NCBI GenBank assembly: GCA_016703125.1
Contig: JADJCR010000008.1
Location: forward strand, 113,396-177,395
Length of the DNA stretch: 64,000 nt
Source: Micrococcales bacterium
GTDB taxonomy: Bacteria > Actinomycetota > Actinomycetes > S36-B12 > UBA10799
Reading direction: 5' to 3'
How positions within the stretch are numbered: position 1 is the stretch's first letter; each line of letters starts with the position of its first letter. Positions 47,810-56,479 of the stretch are shown one piece after another. The position numbers and the translations under genes are program-made. The notes under the pieces are model-generated. The model was not told the DNA's origin. It worked only from the letters and a program-made list of their open reading frames with translations, and made no database searches.

Positions 47810-49960
47810 ATGACCAAGAAGCCGGCGGTTCCGGATCCGGGCAGTGTCACGTTCGCACCGTTGGGTGCGGAGTCCGGGAGTGCGGCAGTTGAGGTGCGGT
47901 CGGAATCTGGACTGGCTGACGTGGTGGCCTGGATCCAGTCGCCGCATCGCACCACTCCGGTCGTGCTGGTGACGTCGGGGTGGATGATGCTGAGCCGTGG
48001 ATCGATGCCGAGGAGTTGGCCGCCGCGCGGTCGGATGCCAGCGTGTATGTGATCCGGCGGACCAAGCTGACGTGGCTGCTGGCCGACTACGTGCCGGCCA
48101 ACTGGGAGGTCTACGGCGGAGGGGGCCGGGTCTACCCGCCGCGTATTGACCTGAAGGGGAACCCGTTCGGGGCGCCACTTGTGCTGTGTCAGGGCAAGCA
48201 GGAGGCGGGCAAGGCGACGGGCGCGCTCATCGACCACCTGCGCCGCTCCGTGGAGCCGAAGCGCAAACAGCGTCCTCCGCTGGCTCCCGTGCCCCCGCGT
48301 CCAGCCGCCCCACCACTTCAGGCCGCGACGAAGCCCAGATCGGGGGTCGCCCGGATCGCGACGCCGGGCGACGCCGAGGCGATGGCAGACCGCCTCCAGG
48401 ATCCGAACCGTCGGTTTCCCGTCGTTGTGGTGACGAACGCGACGGGCGAGGCCCCTATCTGGATGCCGAACGCATCGCCAGCGACCTCGATGGACTGGTT
48501 GAGGTATGCCGGCTCATCCAGGGCGAGGCGTCGTGGGCGTTCACGGGTGCGATGCCAGACCGGCTCGGGGTGTTCGGCGGCGCGGCGCGGGTCTATCCGG
48601 TTGAACTGGACTGGCTGCAGGACGAGACGAGGGCGCCGCTGAAGTTCTGCTGGGACGGGATCGGTGCGCGGCGGATCACCACGGAGGTGATCGAGGCGGG
48701 CCTGTCGGCTGCCCACGCCGCCGGGTTGTTGACGCCGGCGGCACCCCGGGCGAAGGCCAGACAGTGTCAGGCGATCGTCGAGGGCCCCATGGGCGAGTTC
48801 CACGTCCTGCTGAAGGTGCCCGATGGTGGGCAGGCGGTGGCGCTGGCCGCGACCATCCGCCCGGGCGTCGCGGCTGATCGGCTGGTGGTCAAAGGACAGC
48901 GTCTGTCGGGGTACCTGGACGGCAGGGGCGGGCCAATCAGTCAGTTCCAAATCGCCGAGATCCCCGATGATCCGATGCAGCGCGTCAGGTCGGCCTACTC
49001 CGATGGCTCGGTGGTCCTGGCCAAGGTGGTCGAGGTCGGGGAACTCAGTGCCAAGGTGGGTTTGCATCCCGACGTCGAGATCTGGCTGCTCGGAGAGATC
49101 ACCGGCCCGCCGCTGAGCCGCATGATCGATGCTGGCGACGTCGTCGCTGTTCAGATCCACGCCGACGGTGACACGCTGGAGTGCCGGTTGCCGGACACCG
49201 ACGAGTCGCCCGTGCCTGCGGTCCCGGTGATTCCCGGTGGTCCGCCCTGGCTGGTTCCCGAGGACCTGATCGAGGACGAGGAACCGGCGGAGGCGGTGGC
49301 CCTGGAACCGCTGGTTCTTGAAGAGGTGGTGGCTCCGGCACCGGTGAGGTCGCCGACTCCCGATCCTGCCAGGCTCGGGCAGCTGCAGGCCGCCAACCGT
49401 GAGCGCACTCTGCTGGATACCCGCCTGGCGAAGGCGGAGGCTGAGCTGGCCGCAGCGAAGGCCGAAGCTGCCCGGCTGCGCCGCAGCCTGCGCGACGCTG
49501 ACAAGAAGGCCAAGCAGGCGATCAGGCGTGCCCAGGAGATGGACGATCGAGCGCGTGGAATGGGGGTGTTCAACGATCCGGGCGAGCAACTGCGGCACGA
49601 GATCCGGCTGCAGTACCTGCATCGAATTCCGGAATCTCAGCGGGCGGAACTGCCACTCGCGGAGTATCGGCTCGGGCCGAGATTCCTCGATTCGCTGGAT
49701 GACCTCAAGGGCGTGACGCGGGACAAGGCCGTGGATGTGCTTGTCGAGGTGCTCACCGGGCTGGTGCGATCGATGCCCGGCCGCCAGCTCCATCCATGGC
49801 GGGCCGGACCTGCCGGACCGCAGCAAACCCGGGCCGACGGGGGTGCCGCGTGGAGGTGCAGCCTGCAGGTGAACACCCGTCGGCGCGGCGGCTGAAGTAC
49901 TGGCAACTCCCGGGCGGGACGGTGGAGTTCGACTCGGTGGGCGCACGACGAGGAATCTGA
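47810..49960 (+). pseudogene. Large multidomain protein of unknown function (tandem duplicated N-terminal domain, OB/S1-like segments, coiled coil, conserved C-terminal tail), at least 3 frameshifts as assembled
   Basis: GGGGAGG RBS and ATG at 47810. The pieces lie in ORFs 47732..48052, 47980..48642 and 48186..49895, plus a tail to TGA at 49958-49960. The breaks sit at G/C runs 47977-47980, 48452-48455 and 49876-49878. Confidence 0.65.
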
Positions 49961-50023
49961 CCTTGGTGCGTCCGTGTCGTAGGCCCATGTTTCAATCGGG
50001 CTCCAGTCGGCGGAAGGGGAGAC

Positions 50024-51134
50024 ATGGCCAGGGATCGCGAGTCGTACGAGGCGGTACTGCAGGCGGTCGGCGTGTGCGTTGCCGCGCGGATCCCGTTCCT
50101 GTTATGGGGTGATCCGGGGGCTGGGAAGACGGCGGTGATCGAGTCGGCAGCGGGCAGCGGGTGGCATGTGGAGACGTTGATCTGTTCGCATTACGAGCCG
50201 TCGGACTTCGCGGGGTTGCCGGTGGTGAACGGGGACCGGGTCACGCTGGCTCCGCCGGGGTGGGCGGTGCGGTTGTCCGAGGAGCCGAAGCCGTCGATCG
50301 TGTTCTTCGACGAGTGGACGACCGCGTCCCCGGCGGTGCAGGCGGCGCGTTGCGGCCGCTGACGCATGCGCAGGTGGGGTGTTGCAGTTGCCGGATCGGG
50401 TGTCGTTCGGGGCGGCGGCGAACCCGGCGGATGTGGCGGCGTCGGGTGGGAGTTGGCGCCGCCGACGGCGAACCGGTTCGTGCATCTGGAGTGGTCGTTG
50501 CCACTGGATGTGCACACGGAATCGATCGTGACTGGGACTGGCCGGTGCTGCCGGTGCCGGAGCGACCGGCGGACCTCGACGGGTTGGCCTCGGCGCAGGC
50601 AGTCTGGTGGCCGGGTTCCTGCGCACCCGGGGCGGGCAGTGTCGTCGATCCCGAAGGATTCGGCCGGCCGCGGGCGGGCGTTCCCGACACCACGGACGTG
50701 GGATTACGCGGCGCAGTTGCTGGCGATCGCGGAGCATGCCGGGTGCCGGCGAGGAGGTGCGGCGGTTGCTGGTGTACGGGGCGGTGGGTGCGCCGGTGGG
50801 CCATGAGTTCCTGACGTGGCGCTCGGCGTTGGATCTGCCGGATCCGGAGGAGCTGCTGGCCGATCCGTTGGGTGATGGGTTGAAGGGGCTGCGCGCCGAC
50901 CGGGTGCATGTGGCCCTGCAGGGGGTGCTGGCCGCGTACACCTCCGACCCGACGCCGGATCGGTGGACCGCGGCGATGGGGGTCTGTGTCGGGGCGGCGG
51001 CCCATTCGAGTCTGGATTCGGCGGTACCGGTGGTGCGGGCGTTGCTGCGGCCGGGGCGCCGGCCGGCGGGTGCGGAGTTGCCGCCTGGGCTGACGGTGTT
51101 CGCGCCGGCATTGCAGTTGGCCGGTCTGCTGTGA
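50024..51134 (+). pseudogene. MoxR-type AAA+ ATPase (AAA_5-like), many frameshifts as assembled
   Basis: Walker A LWGDPGAGKTAVIE, Walker B SIVFFDEWTTASPAVQAA. It continues as LLRPLTHAQVG, VLQLPDRVSFGAAANPADV, WELAPPTANRFVHLEW and so on, cycling through all three frames to ...LQLAGLL* at 51134. Confidence 0.7.
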
Positions 51135-52333
51135 TCGGAGCCGACGTCGCCGAGCGGCTGGCGGCGGCGAAGTTGTGGCTGGTGTCGCAGTCGGCAGGAG
51201 ACATGCCGTACTTGTCGACGGCGGTGTACGCGTTGGTGACGGTGCCCACGGAGCGGTGGAGCGGATGTCCACCGACGTCTACTGGCGGCTCTACGTCAAC
51301 CCGCTGTGGGTGCTGGGCGCGGATGTGGATGCGCTGGCCCGGGAGATCGCCCATCAACTGTGGCACTTGCTCGCCGACCACGCCGGGCGGCGACCGACTG
51401 CGGGTGGATGCCGCGTCTCGGGACAGGTGGAAGATGGCCGCCGACCTGACGATCGGGGAGGTGTTGCCGTTCGATGCCGGCCTGCCGCAACCCCGGCAGG
51501 TGCACCAGGCCCCGAACCGCTCGGCCGAGGAGTACTTCCGGCTGTTGCGGGCCCGGCCGGTGACGAAGCCGCCGCTGGGGCTGGACCCGGACCACACCTG
51601 TGGCAGTGGGAGTGACGGGATGGCCCGCGAGCACGACCTGCCACCGGGCGACGCGGGAGATGCCGGGGCTGTCCACGCAGGCCGCCGAGGCGATCCGCAA
51701 GACGGTGGCGATCGAGTTCCGCGAGCACTGCACCCAGTACGGCAGCATGCCTGGGGAGGGGCCGGTGGGTCGGGGACATCCTGACCCGGTGGTGCCGTGG
51801 CAGCAGGTGTTGCACGCGGCGGTGCGCCGTGGGATCGGCTGGGGCAGGGGCAGGTCGACTACACGTACTCGAAGATCTCCCGGCGCCAGCAGGCGGTGGG
51901 GCGGCGATCGTGCCGGCGTTGCGGCGCCCGCTGCCTGCGGTCGCGGTGGTGGTCGACACGTCGGGCAGTATCGACGACGGGCTGCTGGCCCAGGCGCTGG
52001 GGGAGGTCAAATCGGTGCTTGCCTCCTTGGCGGTGCCGGACAGCAGCGTGACGGTGCTGGCGGTGGACGCCGCCGTGCACACCGTGCAGCAGGTCCGCGA
52101 TGTGCGAGGTGCGGCTGACTGGCGGTGGTGGCACAGACATGGGCGTGGGGATCGCGGGGGCGTCCGTTCGCCGGCCGGCCCCGCAGACGGTCACTGTGCT
52201 CACCGACGGCACCCCGTGGCCGACGATGCCCGTACCGGTGCCGGTGATCGTGGGCGTGCTGGGCCGGCGCCGCGACCAGTTGCCCCCGACGCCGGGCTGG
52301 GTGCAGCGGGTGGAAGTAGTGCCCGATGGGTGA
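51131..52333 (+). pseudogene. vWA-domain protein with an N-terminal metallopeptidase-like domain (DUF2201-type), several frameshifts as assembled
   Basis: GTGA start/stop overlap with the ATPase gene. AKLWLVSQSAGDMPYLSTAVYAL, REIAHQLWHLLADH, WKMAADLTIGEVL, MIDAS-type AVAVVVDTSGSIDD and LTGGGGTDM. Ends VVPDG* at 52333. Confidence 0.7.
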
Positions 52334-53125
52334 CCTGCCCGGACCTGTCACTGTGACCGTGACCTGCCGGACCAGCCGGACCAGCACCAAAGGCTCGAAG
52401 CGACACCCGGTCACGCTGTTCCCGGACGGACCGTGGACACCGGGCACGACTTGGAGCAGGAGCGGATCCCGGCCGCGCTCGGCGGGTACCTGTCGTGCCT
52501 GGAACTGGCGGATGTCGCGTCGCCGGCGGTGCTCGAGTGGTTCACGCTGGAACAGCGCCTGGTCGCCCGCCCGATTCGCGCCACGCAGTCACGAGGGCCG
52601 TGGCACCCGGCCAAGAAGGCCCAGTGTTGCGCGCGCCGGGGGTACAAGACCGCGCAGGACGCTGCCGCCCACGCCCGGGACCCGAAACATGTGGCGCTGA
52701 CCCACGGCGCGCACGCATGGCAGGTGGTGGCGCTGTGCCGCGGGTTCGCGCCGGAACCGGCCCCGGAGATGCCCGGTGAACCTTGGACCGCGATGTGGGA
52801 GTGGGATGCACCCGGACGAGGTCGACCGGATCAGCCTGGAGATCGACGCCGACGACCCGTTGCCGGTGCAGTTCTACCTCGGTGTGATGGCGCGCAACCC
52901 TGAGCCTGACATGGATCCGCGACACGATGCGGGCGGTGCACCTGGAACCTCGCTCGATCACCTACCTGGCGTGGAGTTACGGCAAGGCCGACCGGGCCGA
53001 CCTGACCCTGCGCCCGCTGGCTGCGCACCGGGATCATGGACCGGCTGGCGCAGCGGCTCATCAGCAGCCCCTACGACATCGGTGACGTGGAGGCCTCGCC
53101 GCGCACTGGGCGATCAGCCCGGTGA
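52326..53125 (+). pseudogene. Cys/His-rich protein of unknown function, several frameshifts as assembled
   Basis: ATG overlaps the vWA gene end by 8 nt. VTVTCRTSRTSTKGSKRHPVTLFPDGP, then VDTGHDLEQERIPAALGGYLSCLEL...KKAQCCARRGYKTAQDAAAHARDPKH (ORF 52433..52903), then later pieces in the other frames. The 3' end is uncertain. Confidence 0.5.
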
Positions 53126-53180
53126 TGGCCGGCGGGGAGCTTGTGAAGTGGTACGACTCTGGTGGCCCCGCCGGTAGCGA

Positions 53181-53443
53181 TGCTCACCGGGCCGGAAGTG
53201 GACCACCTGGCCTACCCGCCCACACCGCCGCGATGGCAGACGCGGGCGCGGCTTCGGGACGAGTTGGAGGATAGGGGGGTAGCCGGAGTGAACGGGATCA
53301 CCGAGGAGGAGTTGGCGCTGGCGTTGGTGCAGTGGGGGAGCGTGGGGAGAGCGGTGAATGGGCTCGAGTCGGCAGGGGATGAAGAGTGGACAACCGCAGG
53401 CCGGCGTGCCGAACTTCCGTGGCCGCCCTCCATTTGGCCTTGA
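53181..53443 (+). CDS. Small ORF, 87 aa, paralog of 61653..61875
   Basis: MLTGPEVDHLAYPPTPPRWQTRARLRDELEDRGVAGVNGITEEELALALVQWGS... Similarity to the second copy begins exactly at the ATG, and the differences are mostly synonymous. Confidence 0.55.
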
Positions 53444-53722
53444 GTGACCGGATGGGCGGGGCCCTGACTCTGAAGAGGTCCAGATGACCGTCCTGGGGTT
53501 GACCCGCGGCTGGAACGCGATTGTGACGATGGTGCGGGGGCTGGGGCTGGTTTGTGGTGATGGTGCTGGGTGCAAAGGGGTGGGGACCGCGCACCTTCGT
53601 CGCATTGCGACGGTGGTGCCCGGCACCTTCGTCGCAAAGGCGCGGCTACAAACGGAACCGCTGCAGTGGCATCTCAGCAGAAGCCGGCTGGTCCGGCCGT
53701 CACCACGACAACCCCAGCAGAC

Positions 53723-56479
53723 TCAGACCAGGCCGTGACGGGCGCGGCTGGCCTGCTCCTGGGCGCTGAACTGGTTGAAGCGCGGCAGGAACTTGTCCCA
53801 CTCGATGATGTGCGAGTCGATCTCGGGACCGTCGATGCACGCGTGCTTGCGCACGGGCTTGCCGTCGATGAGCACCGGCACCATGCAGGCGCCGCACATC
53901 CCGGTCGCGTCGACCATGATGGAGTTCAGGCTGGCCACGCAAGGGGTCTCGTAGCCGCGGCACAGGTCGCTGACCGCACGCATCATCAACGGCGGGCCGA
54001 TGGTCACAACCTCGGCCACGCGCCGCCCTTCCGCCCGTGACTGTGCCTGCAGCATCTCCTCCAGCGGCCCGGTGACGAAGCCCGGAACGCCGAACGAGCC
54101 GTCGTTGGTGGTGTAGACGACGTCGAGCCGGTCGCCGAACTCCGCCTGCAACAGCCCGATCCGCTCGTAGGCTTGCGCCCAGAACATGAGATCGGCGCTG
54201 CGGAACCCGGAGATCAGCGTCACGTGGTTCCCGACCCGCAGGTGCTCGCGCATGATCGGATAGACCGGCGGCAGGCCCAGGCCACCGGCGGTGAAGACCA
54301 CCGTGGCGTCGGGGTCGTGCGCGTGGACGTCGCTGGGGCGCCCGAGTGGACCGGCGATCCCCGTGAAGGCGTCGCCCACGGCCATCCGGTTGATCTCGAT
54401 GCTGCTCGTGCCGACCCCCTGCACGACCAGGCAGATGCTGCCCTCCTCGGCGTCCCAGTCGGCCAGCGTCAGCGGGATGAGTTCGCCGTCGGGCTGCGGG
54501 AGGACGCGCACGAACTGCCCGGCCCGCGCCGACCTGGCGATCAGCGGTGCGCGGACGGTGAACTCGACGATGCCGTCGCTGAGGTCGGCCTTCCCCAGGA
54601 TGGTCGCCTCGGTGGCGGCGAGCTCGGTGTAGGCGCTCGCGCGTTGCACGGATTCCCGGATGATCTGCGGGGAGAGGTCGTCGATGGCGAGGATCTCCCG
54701 CGCGGCGGCCTGGCCATCCCCGGCCGCCAGGATCGCCGTCGACCCCCCACGGGCGGCGTCGCCGCCGGTGTACACGCCGGGCAGCGTGGTCTCCTGCGAG
54801 CCCTTGTGGTCGAGGTTGATCGTGCCCCAGGCCGACGTCTCCAGCCGCGGCTCGGAGTCCTTGATGATCGGATTGGCCGCGTTGCCCAGGGCCATGATGA
54901 CGAGATCGGCGCGCCTGGATGCCGTGCGGCCGGTGGACACCGGGCGGCGGCGGCCGGAGTCGTCGGGCGCCCCGAGCTCCATCTGGTCGAGGACGGCGGT
55001 CGTGACGAACCCGCGGTCATCGCCCAGGAACTCCACCGGTGAGCGCAACTCCTCGAAGACGATGCCCTCCTCGAGGGCGTGGTGCTGCTCCTCGACCCGC
55101 GCAGGCATCTCGGCCTGGGTGCGGCGGTAGACGATGGTGACGTGGCCGCCGAGCCGGCGGGCGGTCCGGGCGGCGTCCATCGCGGTGTTGCCGCCGCCGA
55201 TGACCAGGACCTGCTTGCCGTCGGTTGGCGGTAGCGGGGTCTCGTAGTCGGGGCGCAACCCCTGCATCAGGTTGACCCTGGTGAGGAACTCGTTGGCCGA
55301 CATGACGTTGAGCAGGTGCTCGCCGGGGATGTTCATGAAGCGGGGCAAGCCGGCGCCGGTACCCACGAAGATCCGCGCGAATCCGGCGTCGCGCAGGTCC
55401 TGCAGGGTGGCGGTCTTGCCGACCACGAAGTTCATCACGAACCGGCCGCCCAGCAGCCGGATCTTGGCGACGACGTCGTCGATCAACTCGTTGGGCAGAC
55501 GGAACTCGGGGATGCCGTAGCGCAGCACCCCGCCGAGTGCATGGAACGCCTCGAAGACGGTGACCGGGAACCCTTGCGCGGCGAGCAGGTAGGCGTTGAT
55601 GAGCCCGGACGGCCCGGAGCCGATGATCGCCACCGGCGGGTGGGTCGCCCGTTCCCACGGGTCGCGCACCCCGGCGAACCGGCGCTGCGTCGCCTCCGGG
55701 TCGACCAGCTTCTCCCGCTCCGGCAGGTACCACTCGAGCTGGCCGATCGCGATGGGCAGCTTCTGGATGCACGCCCCCTGGCACTGCAGTTCCTGCGGGC
55801 ACACCCGGCCGGTGACGTCGGGCAGCGGGTTGCTGGACTCCATCAGCTCCAGCGCCTCGCGGAACTGGTTCTTGCCGATCAGCTCGATGACCTGCGGGAT
55901 GTGGATGGACACCGGGCAGCCACCCGTGGGTTCCCGGCACCCGGCGAGGAACTCCCCGAGCTCGCACGGCTTCTCCTCGCACTGCTTGTCGCGCAGCACC
56001 TCGAGCCACACCAGCAGGTCCACCTCGCGCTGGGTGTAGCCCTGCTCCAGGTAGCCGAGGAAGCCGCGGTTGACCAGGCCGAAGTCCACGGCCCGGCTGT
56101 CGGCGTCGCGGACGTAGGGCTCGATCGCGTTCTGGGCCGGCCACCCCTGCGACAGCCCGGCGAACATCGGGTAGCGGTCCGACAGGTGGGCATCGATGGC
56201 CCGGATGAACTTGCGCTTGCCCGACAGGGGCAGGTTCCACACGAACCGCATCACGACCGTGCTGCTGTCGTCGCCGCGCAGCAGCATCTCCCACAGGCTG
56301 CGGGTGAACTCCTCACCCAGGTCGGGCTGCTGGAACTCCCAAGCCACCGCCTGCATGCCTTCGGAGATGAACACCTCGCGGAAGGCCCGCGGATCGCTCT
56401 GCAACCGCCTGCGCAGCAACTCCACCTGGTGGTCGAGTGTGCTGGTGGCGCCGCCGGCCTGGTCGAGTTCGGCGGTCAT
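53723..56479 (-). CDS. Fused NfnB/GltD-like (Fe-S, FAD/NAD(P)H) and NfnA/PyrK-like (FNR-type, 2Fe-2S) oxidoreductase with an extra N-terminal domain
   Basis: 918 aa. Cys cluster CEEKPCELGEFLAGC...GGCP...CPQELQCQGAC. GltD-type VAIIGSGPSGLINAY and VLVIGGGNTAMDAA. C-terminal PyrK/SudB-like GQFVRVLP, TAGGLGLPPV and MVDATGMCGACMV. Its ATG overlaps the PFOR stop (ATGA at 56476-56479). Confidence 0.8.
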   Translation of the reverse strand: MTAELDQAGGATSTLDHQVELLRRRLQSDPRAFREVFISEGMQAVAWEFQQPDLGEEFTRSLWEMLLRGDDSSTVVMRFVWNLPLSGKRKFIRAIDAHLSDRYPMFAGLSQGWPAQNAIEPYVRDADSRAVDFGLVNRGFLGYLEQGYTQREVDLLVWLEVLRDKQCEEKPCELGEFLAGCREPTGGCPVSIHIPQVIELIGKNQFREALELMESSNPLPDVTGRVCPQELQCQGACIQKLPIAIGQLEWYLPEREKLVDPEATQRRFAGVRDPWERATHPPVAIIGSGPSGLINAYLLAAQGFPVTVFEAFHALGGVLRYGIPEFRLPNELIDDVVAKIRLLGGRFVMNFVVGKTATLQDLRDAGFARIFVGTGAGLPRFMNIPGEHLLNVMSANEFLTRVNLMQGLRPDYETPLPPTDGKQVLVIGGGNTAMDAARTARRLGGHVTIVYRRTQAEMPARVEEQHHALEEGIVFEELRSPVEFLGDDRGFVTTAVLDQMELGAPDDSGRRRPVSTGRTASRRADLVIMALGNAANPIIKDSEPRLETSAWGTINLDHKGSQETTLPGVYTGGDAARGGSTAILAAGDGQAAAREILAIDDLSPQIIRESVQRASAYTELAATEATILGKADLSDGIVEFTVRAPLIARSARAGQFVRVLPQPDGELIPLTLADWDAEEGSICLVVQGVGTSSIEINRMAVGDAFTGIAGPLGRPSDVHAHDPDATVVFTAGGLGLPPVYPIMREHLRVGNHVTLISGFRSADLMFWAQAYERIGLLQAEFGDRLDVVYTTNDGSFGVPGFVTGPLEEMLQAQSRAEGRRVAEVVTIGPPLMMRAVSDLCRGYETPCVASLNSIMVDATGMCGACMVPVLIDGKPVRKHACIDGPEIDSHIIEWDKFLPRFNQFSAQEQASRARHGLV

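Noticed and set aside
50024-53125. Programmed ribosomal frameshifting as an explanation for the many frame changes
   Set aside because: There are far too many shifts per gene. There are no slippery heptamers or downstream structures. The same single-base pattern occurs in unrelated genes and in a tRNA.
53443-53722. Possible small genes or ncRNA between the small ORF and the Nfn-like gene (repeated GCACCTTCGTCGCA, hairpin CGTCGCATTGCGACG near 53592-53606)
   Set aside because: Only short imperfect repeats and weak hairpins, probably terminator or spacer sequence. The ORFs here (53484..53738 and others) are composition artefacts.
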